The notes under the pieces are model-generated. The model was given only the letters and a program-made list of their open reading frames with translations. It had not been told where the DNA came from and did no database searches. From Savitreella phatthalungensis (lineage: Eukaryota), in assembly GCA_051599415.1 (NCBI GenBank), contig AP039692.1, forward strand, positions 124,001 to 188,000: DNA of 64,000 nt, written 5' to 3'. The translations under genes were made by a program, and so were the position numbers. Shown piece by piece: positions 42,441-53,345 of the stretch. How positions within the stretch are numbered: position 1 is the first letter of the stretch; every line of letters begins with the position of its first letter.

Positions 42441-43889
42441 ATGGCCAAGTCCGTCGTCGACGTTGCCGTACAGGCGAGTCAAGTCCCAGAAGCCGAATTA
42501 GAAGTGAATTCCCCCGCTTCAGCACCAATCGAGCCATGGCGAGCACGATACTTGCGGCTCAAGCGGTCCAAATGGTATCCTCTGACTCCTGTCGCCTTTG
42601 CTGGACTCTGCAATTGCGTATGCTGGGTCGTCGCGGCTGCAGTCCTATCCCGTCCTCCACATCCAAGTCGTGATTCACTGACGGCTGAGTCGGATCTCCA
42701 GCAGCAAGGCAAGCTGCTTGCAGCTGCTGCACTAGCATACTCGTATGGACTCCGGCATGCTCTAGATGCAGACCACATCACCGCGATCGACAACCTTACC
42801 AGAGCGCTTGTCAACCGCGCTGTAGAAGAAGCAGCCACCAAGCAAGCTGCCAACAATAACGGCACGGCCACCCTCGTCGAGCCCGCCCACAACCCAATTG
42901 ACGAAGACAAGCCCGTAACCGTCGGACTCTTCTTCTCTCTGGGTCACTCGTCTGTGGTGATTGTAGCGACGGCGGTGGTTGCATGTGCGTCCAGGAAGAT
43001 TGTCGATGGGTTTGGTGCGTTCAGAGACGGTGCAGGCGGAATTGTCGGCACGGCTGTCAGTATGACTTTCCTGCTGCTCATCGGCGCACTCAACGCCGTC
43101 GGCCTCGTCACAGGTATCCGTCGTCTTCACACCCTCTCAAAAACCAGGCGTATCCTCCTTCACGCCATCAAAACTAACACACCTCCGGAACCCCACCTCC
43201 TGCCAGCCCCAACGCATATCCACGACAACCACCTAGGCAACGGGCTCATCTACAGACTCTGCCAGAGGCTCTTCAAGCTGATCGATCGTCCCTGGAAGAT
43301 GTATCCACTCGGGATTCTCTTTGGGCTGGGGTTTGATACGTCTACGGAAGTTGCGCTGCTAGCGATGGCGTCTGTTCAAGAATCCAGCAGTGACGGGACT
43401 CCCTTGGGCTACGTCATGTTCTTCCCAGTCCTCTTCACCTGCGGCATGATGTTAGTCGACACGATCGACGGAGCCCTCATGTACGCCGCCTACCGTCAAG
43501 CAGAACCAGCCTCGCACAAAGCTGATCAGCTTGACTTCGATTACTCCACCGCCAACACCACCGATCTCTCAAAGACAAAGCGCAAGGTAGATGGTGTCAT
43601 CGCGAGGTCGTTTTACTCGACCGTGCTAGCAGCCATGTCGGTCTCTGTCGCAGCTGTCGTCGGCAGCATTCAGCTTCTCAACCTGATCGCCAACACCTCT
43701 GATGTCCATGGCCGATTCTGGGATGGCGTTTCGGAAGTCAGCGACAAGTTTGATCTCGTCGGAGGCCTCATCGTCGCATCCTTCTTAGCCGTCATCATCA
43801 TCGCGGCAGCCGCTCACTATCTCCTGCGTCGACGAGAGCGTCGCAGGGACCAAGCACTCCAACTCGCCGCTGTATCAGGGTCAACGTGA
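42441..43889 (+). CDS. nic1: High-affinity nickel/cobalt transporter (NiCoT family, Nic1-like)
   Basis: Signature motifs GLRHALDADHITAIDN, FFSLGHSSVV, GLGFDTSTEV, FTCGMMLVDTIDG and multiple TM helices. First ATG at 42441. Confidence 0.93.
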   Translation: MAKSVVDVAVQASQVPEAELEVNSPASAPIEPWRARYLRLKRSKWYPLTPVAFAGLCNCVCWVVAAAVLSRPPHPSRDSLTAESDLQQQGKLLAAAALAYSYGLRHALDADHITAIDNLTRALVNRAVEEAATKQAANNNGTATLVEPAHNPIDEDKPVTVGLFFSLGHSSVVIVATAVVACASRKIVDGFGAFRDGAGGIVGTAVSMTFLLLIGALNAVGLVTGIRRLHTLSKTRRILLHAIKTNTPPEPHLLPAPTHIHDNHLGNGLIYRLCQRLFKLIDRPWKMYPLGILFGLGFDTSTEVALLAMASVQESSSDGTPLGYVMFFPVLFTCGMMLVDTIDGALMYAAYRQAEPASHKADQLDFDYSTANTTDLSKTKRKVDGVIARSFYSTVLAAMSVSVAAVVGSIQLLNLIANTSDVHGRFWDGVSEVSDKFDLVGGLIVASFLAVIIIAAAAHYLLRRRERRRDQALQLAAVSGST

Positions 43890-45374
43890 TCACGGCTCTT
43901 TTGTCGACGTCGGCTGCAAGACTGATCTGTCGAGGAAGCCTGTCGTCGCAGCGCTATTAGCAGCATCCTCGTCGTATGTCCAGTCCTCTGCAGCCCAGGC
44001 AGGCAAATTCGTCTCGTACGCCCAGGCGCCGTCGTCCGCACTATACTTCCACGCGTGCAAAAAGATACACAGCTCGCTAGCAATCGGATCCGTGTACAGC
44101 GGCGCCTCGCATATCTCACACTCCTCGCCAGACAGCAGCTCACCAATCCGCCGATCACGTCGAATAGCGGCATCCGCTTTAGTCTCGGGCATGTAAACTT
44201 TGCCTTCGTGTGTGGCCGGCGGTGGTACGGTGAAACGGCCATAAGATGGGCATTCCGTCTTGTTCACGTTGTTCAGGGCGTTCTCGACCTCTGCATCACC
44301 GAGCTCCTTTGACGATGCTCCAGGATCATCCCCCCATACATTCCGATTGGCGTAGATGGGATCGTTTGCGATCGGATGTCCGAGCCACTGCAAGTGTACC
44401 CGAATCTGATGCGTCCGCCCTGTCTTCGGCATACACATCACCACCGACGTAGCACCGTTGTAGCTCAGTCTGCGAAAAGACGTCTGGGCAGTCTTCCCAT
44501 CCGGGTGGACGCGATTCAGACCATAAAGCGGATTGACAGACTTGATCGGCAAGTCTACCAAAATGTCATCCTTCCCAGTCGTGTCCGGAAACTCGCCAAC
44601 CACACGAGCCACGTAGACCTTACTCACATCCCGCTCGAACAAATGCTTTCGCATCTTGTCCGCCATCTTTGGATTCTGTGAGAAGAACATCAATCCAGAC
44701 GTCAGCCTGTCGAGTCGATTGCAAGGTGCAACATTCGGCGACACGTCAAACTCGATCGACAGGATGTTGAGTACAGAGTTGTGGCGATAGCGACCTGTTG
44801 GGTGGACGGGAATACCAGCTGGTTTATTGACGACGATAATATCGTCATCCATGTGGACGATCTGAGGTGCCTGGAGCGTCACCGCAGGCTCATGTCTGTG
44901 AGAGGTGTGTGTAAGGACATCGCCATTCCGAAGCTTGTACCCGAGCGCCTTTGCCTCCCCATTCACCTCGATCTTGCCTGCGAGAATGGCGCGGCGATAG
45001 TGATCAGGCGTCCTATCGCGAAACTCAGTCGTGAACAACTTCTCCAGCGTCATTCCGAGCCACCGACCTTTCACATTCGTCTTGAATGTCCAGAAGTACG
45101 GGACCACCCGGCGCAATCCCTTAGCGTGGTCTTTCACGTACTCAGCACCTTCCAGCAGCTCGCTGTTCATCACTTTCCGAAAAATTTGTTTCCGAGGCTC
45201 TTTCTCATCACGCGATCGCTCCTTCCGCTTCTCTGGAGGTCGGCGAAGCTCGTCAGGATCCGTGACAGCCAAGTCTGCAGGCAGGGCATCCAATCCGGTG
45301 CCATCGTTCTTGTCTTCACCATGTGGAGTCTGTACGTTGGTCTCATTAGAAGAATTCTCGATCGTCTCTGTCAT
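43890..45374 (-). CDS. RluA-family tRNA pseudouridine(32) synthase (Pus9/Rib2-like, no deaminase domain)
   Basis: KGRWLG...EFRDR, HRHEPAV, VVNKPAGIPVHPTGRY, catalytic CNRLDRLTSG, PKTGRTHQIRVHLQWLGHPIANDPIY, LHAWKY. First ATG at 45374; possible CUG start at 45437. Confidence 0.9.
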   Translation of the reverse strand: MTETIENSSNETNVQTPHGEDKNDGTGLDALPADLAVTDPDELRRPPEKRKERSRDEKEPRKQIFRKVMNSELLEGAEYVKDHAKGLRRVVPYFWTFKTNVKGRWLGMTLEKLFTTEFRDRTPDHYRRAILAGKIEVNGEAKALGYKLRNGDVLTHTSHRHEPAVTLQAPQIVHMDDDIIVVNKPAGIPVHPTGRYRHNSVLNILSIEFDVSPNVAPCNRLDRLTSGLMFFSQNPKMADKMRKHLFERDVSKVYVARVVGEFPDTTGKDDILVDLPIKSVNPLYGLNRVHPDGKTAQTSFRRLSYNGATSVVMCMPKTGRTHQIRVHLQWLGHPIANDPIYANRNVWGDDPGASSKELGDAEVENALNNVNKTECPSYGRFTVPPPATHEGKVYMPETKADAAIRRDRRIGELLSGEECEICEAPLYTDPIASELCIFLHAWKYSADDGAWAYETNLPAWAAEDWTYDEDAANSAATTGFLDRSVLQPTSTKEP

Positions 45375-46712
45375 GATGTGCAGATAGCGCGTACAAGAAA
45401 GCGACCGGGCTCTTAGTAGTCTCCGGTGGAGCAACAGCTTGCCGTGCCTTGATCAAGCAAGGTTCGGCTCAGCGCGGGTGTGGAGTTGCAGAGCGGAGTC
45501 CACCAAGCCGTGCAATAGAAATTTCTCGCAGTGATCAGCCCCTGCAGCAATCAAATCACCCAAAAAGACAATTGCGTAGAGGTCGCGCGACCTGATAAGT
45601 GACACTGTCTGACAGACGTTGACCTCGGGGAGCATCCCCTGCATCTGCTGTTGCCAAATATAGCAAGATACACGTGCACGGTTGAATGTCAGAATTAACC
45701 CCAGGAACTCTCTCTTACGTTTCAATGCATGAAAATCAGCGGACTTCACGGCAGTCAACCCTAGTGTCTAGTGTCTGCCTATCAGTGTCAAATTTCTGCT
45801 GCTACAGACCACACCCCAGATCGAGCATCAGCGCGCTCATGCCATCCACGATGCTTGAGGCTATGAGTCGCCATGTGACGCACAGGTTAGCGCCTATGCC
45901 AACCCCTGTTCAATGATGTGATCCACATTCAGACGACTGAATTGCACTCGCTGCTGAGAATCTGCAAAACTTGCCGTGCACGGCAATCAGATCCAATCAA
46001 ATGCAATCTACGTAGATATTCCATTAATGCCGTCCCGAACAGTGTATATCATATATTTCATATGTAGATGCGCTCGAATGCACGTTTCCGAATGCAGTCT
46101 ATTTTCAGTCTCCTCATACCCGCGGCCCCTATGTCAGAGACGATATATTCTACAGTGGAAACAGGGCACGCGTTCCAAACAACGCTTTCGCTCCCACTAG
46201 TTAGAGGACATCGAGTCACTTGCTTGCAAGCGAATCTCCCGCCATTGATCCAGACGCTGTGACATTCAGGCTAAAAAGCTCCGAAAGACAAGACGCGTCC
46301 TTTCTTTTCTGCTCGACGCATTCAGACGCGTCACACGAGGTGAGCAACTTGCGCGACGCTTGCTTCACTTCACTCTCGTGCTCTCTGATCGCGTGCTTTC
46401 AGATCTGTGGGCATCCATCTTGCCCGATAAGAGCTCATTTCAGAGTCATCTAGGTGAAACAGGACTTGCAAAAGTACACGTGAATTCGCCACCGCCTAGT
46501 CTCCACGTTGCTCTCGCCCGTTGCTCTCGCCAATTGCTCCGTGATCAACTTGGCTTGACCTGATCTACCCCTGGCTATTGATCTGATCTGACCTTGAGCG
46601 AATCAAAGTTGGCGCACTTCGCCCCAAGGGATCTCGTGGCGATGATGTCAACTTGACCTGCCTTCGAAGCCAGTCAGTACATCCTCAACCTGAAACATCA
46701 CGAGGAGCACAC

Positions 46713-46807
46713 GTGAGTACTATACTCTCGATACTGTATACACTTCTGAGCGACCATCGATTAGTTGTTGTCAGTCTGGACCTGACAAGCGACTCACCAT
46801 TCGCCAG
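46713..46807 (+). other. Candidate 5'-UTR spliceosomal intron (95 nt)
   Basis: GTGAGT donor, CCTGAC (46781) / ACTCAC branch-like motifs, and a CAG acceptor at 46807, 54 nt before the helicase ATG. Confidence 0.5.
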
Positions 46808-46860
46808 TTCAACACCTTTTCGTTGTCATCTTCATATATCCCAGATATCAGTAACAGGTC

Positions 46861-49800
46861 ATGCCCAATTCCAGGCCACAGACAGTCTCTCGTGAGCTCT
46901 CGCCTGAGGACGAGCTCACTGAGGACAACATTTCAGAGAACTCGGTCAACCAAGACAATTCAAATGGAAGTGACTCAATGAGGACCAGACGATCCACCCG
47001 TTCAGAGGGAAAGCTCACTGGCAGGCATATGCGTGAGATCCTCCCAAACGACAGTGATCTCGATGAAGCAGACAAACGAACTTCTCGCAGCAGGAAGAAA
47101 GCACGAGATGCCAGTGTCGATAGCAGCAGAGTCCGTGCAGTGCCATTGCGCAAGAAATTGCGTCTCTTGAAGGAATCTCGCGGAACGTCGACGCAGGCCT
47201 CCTCACGTCAGAGCTCTCGCGTAGGTCGCAGATCGACGGCTCAACAGCGAAGTTACCGCGAGCCAGGACTCGACGACTTCAACGATGATGACAGCAGCAA
47301 TGAAGACGACGACGACGAAGATGACTCTGACGTCTACGTACGCAGCAGCACACCCGCTTCTGGTCGTGGCAGACCTCGAGGTGGAACTTCAACTCCTCGT
47401 GAATCCGCAAAGCCGAAACATGAGTTCAACGAAGACTACAGCAGCGATTGGGAGGAGAGACACTGGGACGTCTGTGAGACCTGTCGAAACAAATCTGACA
47501 GGACACCCCTCATATACTGCCAAGGTTGCGCCGTTGCCATTCACAGGGGTTGTATTGTCAAGCACGAGCGCCAGCATCAGGTCACCGTCATTCCTGAACA
47601 TGCTTCTGTGTTGCAATGCCGGCACTGTCTCGGCCGCGGCGGGCAGAAAGGTGGAAATCGGTCCTACATGACAGGTCGTGTCGGCCCGCTCTGCGCTCCA
47701 TTTGCCTTGGCAAAGTCCAACTTCAAGGCGACACTGACACCGGAGCAGTTGGCCACGTTGCCAGAGTCCGACCGTCAAGCTCGAGAAGAAGACGCGGCGC
47801 GGATCAAGGCTTCCGCAGAACAACTTCGTGAACAGCTATTCAAGCCTGAGAAGGTCATGTTCCGTTGTCAAAATTGCTTGAGGCCGTCCTTGTACGACGA
47901 CCTGACAGACCCCGAGAACGCAGATCCAGACTACGAGCCTGCACAGTGTCTCGACTGCAACGCACACCGCAACGAGAAGGTGCACTTGGTGCTCGGATGG
48001 CGTCTGCTGGGAGACGACAAGCTTGACACGATCGAGGTGCCAAAGAGTGAGCTACCAGAAGACTACTTGCGGGAGTACCTGGTAAAGTGGGAAGAGAAGC
48101 CCTACAACCAAGCAGAATGGGTACTCGGCTCATGGCTCCACGGCGTGGCGCTACAGAAAAAGAAACACTTCGATGCTCGTGAGATGGATGCTATTAAAGA
48201 TCAAACACAGGTCATCCTCGATGACTGGCTTATTGTCGATATCGTCCTCGATGTCCGCTATGCCGGCAAGCTCAGCTTTGAGGCCATGCGATTTCAATCC
48301 GAAGAGGACTCTTTCAGGGCGATAGAGGATATCGAGCACATGCTAGTCAAATGGAGGCAGGTTCATTACGACGACTGCACATGGGATGCGCCACCGCCGA
48401 AGGTTCTCGCTGTCGGAGACGACTCTGAGCAGTCCCTGGCTCGCCGTCAATGGCTTGCTTTCGAGGCCGCTTACCGCGACTACTGCCGCGGTTTCTTCGT
48501 CATGATAGATCGCAAGGCAGCTGCCCGCAAGACACGCATGAAGGAGTACTCCTTCAATCGTCTAGAGCTCAAGCAGCAGCCCAAAACCTTGACCGGAGGC
48601 GAGCTGATGGACTACCAGCTCGAGGGACTCAATTGGCTCTACTTCAAGTACTACTCTTCCCACCCAGCAATCCTCGCCGACGAGATGGGTCTCGGCAAGA
48701 CAATCCAGATCATCTCTCTCTTCAACATTCTGCACACGCAATGGTCGCTTGGACCATTCCTCGTTGTTGCGCCGAACTCGACAATTTCGAACTGGAAGCG
48801 TGAGTGCCAGAAGTGGGCGCCAGACATGCGTGTTTGTGCGTACTATGGCGAACGCGTGGCGCGCGACATTATCGAGCAGTTCGAAATGGTTCACAACGAC
48901 GTCGAAGGCAAGCCACTCAAGGTCAACGTGCTCATCACGAGCTACAGCTGCGTCGAGCAGAGTCCTGCACTCCTAAGGAGATACAAATGGGCTTGTCTGG
49001 TGGTCGACGAAGGTCAGAGACTGAAAAACGACGAGTCGATCCTCTTCAAGGCTCTGTCTGACTTTGACGTCAACCTTCGCATTCTCCTGACTGGCACACC
49101 ACTTCAAAATAACACGAAGGAGCTTTTCAACCTTCTTCAATTCCTAGATCCTGCGAAGATGAACGCGCGAGAACTCGAGGATCGGTTTGATATTGAACGA
49201 CAGGAAAGCTTGAGTGAGCTCCACAAGTTGCTTCAGCCGTACTTCCTCCGTCGAACCAAAGCACAAGTCCTCAAATTCCTGCCGAAGAAGAACGAGGTGA
49301 TTGTACCCGTTACGATGAGTAGCCTCCAGAAATCGCTATACAAGAGCATCCTGAGCAAGAATGCAGAGCTGATGCGTTCCGTCATGTCACGCACAGCTTC
49401 GGGCAAGCCGATTCAGAACTACAACCAAACATCCCTTGGCAACATCCTGCAGCAGATTCGCAAGATCCTCAGTCATCCGTTCATGTACTCGCCTGACATA
49501 GAAGAACAAATCGACGACGAGGCTCAAGCGATGCATAACCTGACGACCGCCTGCGCGAAGCTTCAGCTGTTGCGCGTACTCCTGCCGGCTCTCAAGGCCA
49601 AAGGACACCGTGTGCTGATCTTTTGTCAGTTCATCATGATGCTCGATATCCTGGAAGACTGGCTGAATGCCTTGGGCGTACGCCACTGTCGCATTGATGG
49701 CAACACGCCCTCGCCCGAGCGGCAGGAGGCGATCGACTCATTCAATCGAGACCCAGACATCACTTGCTTCCTGCTTTCGACGCGGGCGGGAGGAGTAGGC

Positions 49801-51573
49801 ATCAATTTGGCCACGGCCGACACAGTCATCATCTACGACGCCGACTTCAATCCGCACCAGGACCTCCAGGCCGTCGCGCGTGCCCATCGAATCGGACAGA
49901 AAAACAACGTGGTCGTCTTCACCCTCGTCACCCGCAACACGGCCGAGGAGAAGATCCTGCAGATCGGGCGCAAGAAGCTAGTTCTCGACCAGCTCATCAT
50001 TGAGAATATGGCGACGAAGGAGGAAAACGTGCCGTACAATGAGATCCTCTCATTCGGTGCAGCTGCGCTGTTTGACGACGAAGAGAAGAACGAGCTCGTC
50101 TATGACACGACCAGGGTGAACGCACTGATCGAGAGCTCGTATGCCGAGGAGGCCTTTGGCGAAAGCTCTTCGAAGGAAGGCGGTGCGAAAGATGATTCGG
50201 GTGAGAAGAACTCGTTCTCGTTCGCCAAGGTCTGGGCAGGTGATACGGTGGCGGAAGATGTGGCGATTGGCGATTCGGAAGAAGGCAATCGGGCTGCAAG
50301 CGATGATCTGTGGTCGAAGATCCTGACTGAGCGCGCCGAAGAAGCCAAGAGGGAGGCTGAGAAACGTAGAGACGATCTGGCCAAGGGTCGAAAGCGCACT
50401 GTTAAGGACTACTCCGAAGCGAAGCAGGCAAAGCAGATCGATGAGATGCTGCGGAAGAACAAGCCTAGCGCGGGTAAATCTGGTGAGTCTGAGGATGAAG
50501 ACGAGGAGGACGAGGCGATGCAGGTGGACGAAGGCGTGGCAAATACTTCAGAGCCCGAAATAGTGATGGACGACCACGCTGACTCGGACTCCGGTGTTTC
50601 AACGGACGACGAAGGCGAGCTCGAAAGTGATCCTGCACTACCACCAGGTTCGACAGGCCAAGTCGTCAAAACCCCTGCCGCCTACAAGACAGAGTCTGAT
50701 GGGTTCCCTGTAGTGACAGAGTTCAACGGCTTGACGAAGGAGACTGTCTCCCAGACAGACGTCCTGGCAAATCTGGCAATCAATGGCACCCTGCCGCTGA
50801 TTGGGCAGAGGGAACCCGTGGCGCCCCCAGGCACCGCAGGATTTGTGTCTGTGAACGAGGTTCCGCGACCGATCGTGCTTCCAGCGCGAGTGAAGGTGGA
50901 CAGGACGACGGAAGCGACACCAGAGCTGGCAGTCCGCCTTGGATTCCTGCCGGAGGAGGCCAAGTACCTGAACAAGGACGGGGTGCCGAAGAACTGGTGC
51001 AAAGTCTGCCGAAACTACCACATCTCCGGGCAGTGTCCACTCCGAGCTGTGCCGCTGGACGTTTGCACACTCTGTGGCACACCACACCTGTCTGGAAAGA
51101 AGGGTAACTCGGCAATGCCTTGTCCTGCCCTCAACTCCACAGACATCCTCAAGCAGATCCTAGAAGACCTGAAGCGCACAAATGAAGATACAGAACTGGC
51201 AGAGAAGGCAAAGGCGTTTGTCAGAGGCCGGATCGGTCACCTCCAACGCCTTGAGCGTGACAAGCTCCAACTTCAGCAGAAGCCTGGAGGTCAAGGTGCA
51301 GCAGGGGTGGGCAATGGTGCTACGTCAGGTTCTCCTAATTTGGGATCTTCTGCTGTGGCGGGATCCCGCTCGCAAGTACAACCTGTGGCAACGGGTTCGG
51401 GCATGCAGAGCTCAACGACGATGGAAGAAGCTTCAGCAAGAGAGACACAGGAGGCGGAAGATGCACGACAAGCAGCACAACAGATGCTAGACGACGTAGA
51501 GCTACCGTCCGGCCAACTCCCATCATCTACACGACCACCAGCAGTCAGCATCGACCACGCGAAGAGTGGGTGA
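46861..51573 (+). CDS. mit1: CHD/Mi-2-like SNF2 chromatin remodeller (Mit1-like: PHD, chromo-like domains, helicase, C-terminal Zn finger), 1570 aa
   Basis: PHD CETC...YCQGC...H..C...QCRHC. EYLVKW and MLVKW chromo-like motifs. ILADEMGLGKTIQ, VVDEGQRLKN, LLTGTPLQNN, LSTRAGGVGINL, QAVARAHRIGQ. C-terminal CKVC..YH...CPL......CTLCG.PH. Confidence 0.88.
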   Translation: MPNSRPQTVSRELSPEDELTEDNISENSVNQDNSNGSDSMRTRRSTRSEGKLTGRHMREILPNDSDLDEADKRTSRSRKKARDASVDSSRVRAVPLRKKLRLLKESRGTSTQASSRQSSRVGRRSTAQQRSYREPGLDDFNDDDSSNEDDDDEDDSDVYVRSSTPASGRGRPRGGTSTPRESAKPKHEFNEDYSSDWEERHWDVCETCRNKSDRTPLIYCQGCAVAIHRGCIVKHERQHQVTVIPEHASVLQCRHCLGRGGQKGGNRSYMTGRVGPLCAPFALAKSNFKATLTPEQLATLPESDRQAREEDAARIKASAEQLREQLFKPEKVMFRCQNCLRPSLYDDLTDPENADPDYEPAQCLDCNAHRNEKVHLVLGWRLLGDDKLDTIEVPKSELPEDYLREYLVKWEEKPYNQAEWVLGSWLHGVALQKKKHFDAREMDAIKDQTQVILDDWLIVDIVLDVRYAGKLSFEAMRFQSEEDSFRAIEDIEHMLVKWRQVHYDDCTWDAPPPKVLAVGDDSEQSLARRQWLAFEAAYRDYCRGFFVMIDRKAAARKTRMKEYSFNRLELKQQPKTLTGGELMDYQLEGLNWLYFKYYSSHPAILADEMGLGKTIQIISLFNILHTQWSLGPFLVVAPNSTISNWKRECQKWAPDMRVCAYYGERVARDIIEQFEMVHNDVEGKPLKVNVLITSYSCVEQSPALLRRYKWACLVVDEGQRLKNDESILFKALSDFDVNLRILLTGTPLQNNTKELFNLLQFLDPAKMNARELEDRFDIERQESLSELHKLLQPYFLRRTKAQVLKFLPKKNEVIVPVTMSSLQKSLYKSILSKNAELMRSVMSRTASGKPIQNYNQTSLGNILQQIRKILSHPFMYSPDIEEQIDDEAQAMHNLTTACAKLQLLRVLLPALKAKGHRVLIFCQFIMMLDILEDWLNALGVRHCRIDGNTPSPERQEAIDSFNRDPDITCFLLSTRAGGVGINLATADTVIIYDADFNPHQDLQAVARAHRIGQKNNVVVFTLVTRNTAEEKILQIGRKKLVLDQLIIENMATKEENVPYNEILSFGAAALFDDEEKNELVYDTTRVNALIESSYAEEAFGESSSKEGGAKDDSGEKNSFSFAKVWAGDTVAEDVAIGDSEEGNRAASDDLWSKILTERAEEAKREAEKRRDDLAKGRKRTVKDYSEAKQAKQIDEMLRKNKPSAGKSGESEDEDEEDEAMQVDEGVANTSEPEIVMDDHADSDSGVSTDDEGELESDPALPPGSTGQVVKTPAAYKTESDGFPVVTEFNGLTKETVSQTDVLANLAINGTLPLIGQREPVAPPGTAGFVSVNEVPRPIVLPARVKVDRTTEATPELAVRLGFLPEEAKYLNKDGVPKNWCKVCRNYHISGQCPLRAVPLDVCTLCGTPHLSGKKGNSAMPCPALNSTDILKQILEDLKRTNEDTELAEKAKAFVRGRIGHLQRLERDKLQLQQKPGGQGAAGVGNGATSGSPNLGSSAVAGSRSQVQPVATGSGMQSSTTMEEASARETQEAEDARQAAQQMLDDVELPSGQLPSSTRPPAVSIDHAKSG

Positions 51574-52767
51574 AGGAAGATTTCTGTGTTAAGAAAATGT
51601 TCCAGATCTCTTCAAATTCATCTGAACTGTATCTCCGAAGAGTCTATGTCTGCAGGTTGTATAAGGCACGTATAGCTGTCAATCGTGTGCGGTTGAGATC
51701 TGTCAAGTACGTGTTGTACGTTGTCTGTTCTCTTTATTTTTTCACTCTTACATTTGTGGGTTAGGACTCAGAGTTGCTCAGAAGCCATGGCGTATAGGGC
51801 TGAAAATGTGTTGTGGATGCATGTGAATGTACGGCCTGTGGTGGTGATATGTGCGTGCGGAGTATCAGGAGTAAGTCTGAGGCCAAGCACGTGTATCTTC
51901 TCCACCTCGCCTGATGTGCTTTTGACTCCCACTCCTGTCAGATTCAATGCGGAGACGTCTAATCTAGGTAGCGTAGAACGATGACGGACTCCCAGTGTGC
52001 TAGTCTTGATCCACGAGGTTGACTGTGAAGGTGTTCTGATATGCTCGCTAGTTTGAAGGGATCGTCACAGTGCCAAATTCATTACCAGCCTCTCGATTCG
52101 TCACAAAATCTCCTAATTCAGTTTACCATGTCTTGAGTCAGTGAATTAAGAAATTTCGACCTTTTTAAAGTCGAATAAGACAACTACCTGCACTGCATTT
52201 CCGGATGGATTCTGAACCATTTATATTTTGACGCTCTTTAGATATCCAAACTGAATTTGAATGGCTGAATCTGCCCGCTCAATTTTCCTCCTTACTCATC
52301 TACCAGCCCCTCTTTCCACCAGAAACAAGCCAACCCTTACCCCCAACATGACCATACTCAATTCTACATCATGCCCTGCCCCATACCCATACACCAGACG
52401 TCTTCCTCCTTCATCACTCGGGCGTTCCATCTTCTGGCTTAAGTCGATGTGCTCCACCTTTGAACGGTGGTCTTCAATCTCATTCAAGTTAACCGTTACA
52501 GAGTCACAAGCTTCCTCTCTCTCCCCTAGTCTTGACTCAGAAATCAAGCGCAGTCACCTTTCCTTTGGAGCTCCAGCATAAGCTGCCATTGTTGCTCCTC
52601 ACCAGTTCCCTAATTGTCTAACTTATCCAAGATCCTTTCTCCTCCAGCAGATATTCTTTCAGAATCGCCAAGAGCTCTTGGTTTCTCCCATATCAGACTG
52701 CGGTGCGGTAACTTGACCAACCTTCAAGCCAGGTGAGGTGGAGTAGAATAATCAAGTCAAGTGGAGC

Positions 52768-53345
52768 AAAGAGAGAGAGCGAGAAAGAGAGAAAGAAAGA
52801 AAGAGAGAGAGGAAGAGAAAGAGGAAGAAGTGGAAGTAGGAGCAAGGAGATCCTCGAAAGTCAAATATTGAGAGAGAACGGGAAGGGCAAAGCTTTCAAT
52901 TCTCCCTTCTGCCATCCATCCAAATCAAAGCTACCATCACTGTCGCGCTAAACCCCCTCTCACTCTCTCACTGTCTCTCAATCCTCTAACTCTCTCATTC
53001 TCTCTATCACTCTCTGTCTCTCTCTCTCGCTCTTTTACTTCAATCACAGACAAGACTGACCTGGCTAAGCTATACTAAATCACATACTCACTCAACTAGG
53101 TCGCCCGCACCACCTGCGCAGTTGAACTGCCTCACCCGCTCACCCTCTCTCTTTCCACACTTGCTTCACTTTAACCTCCGAGCTAAACCAGAACGAGGTC
53201 ATCCATATACACACACACACACGCATCACCTCAATACTCTCCTCTCCACTTCTCTCTTCTCTCTTCTCTCTTCTCTTCTCTTCTCTCTTCATCTTAACCT
53301 ACCCTGCTCTAAATCTACCTTTCCCTTCTTCTTGACTCTTCTCTC
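52768..53345. repeat. GA-rich tract followed by CT-rich tracts (low complexity)
   Basis: Purine tract at 52768-52830, pyrimidine-rich tracts at 52953-53040 and 53238-53345, and a (CA)n run near 53210-53222. Confidence 0.8.
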
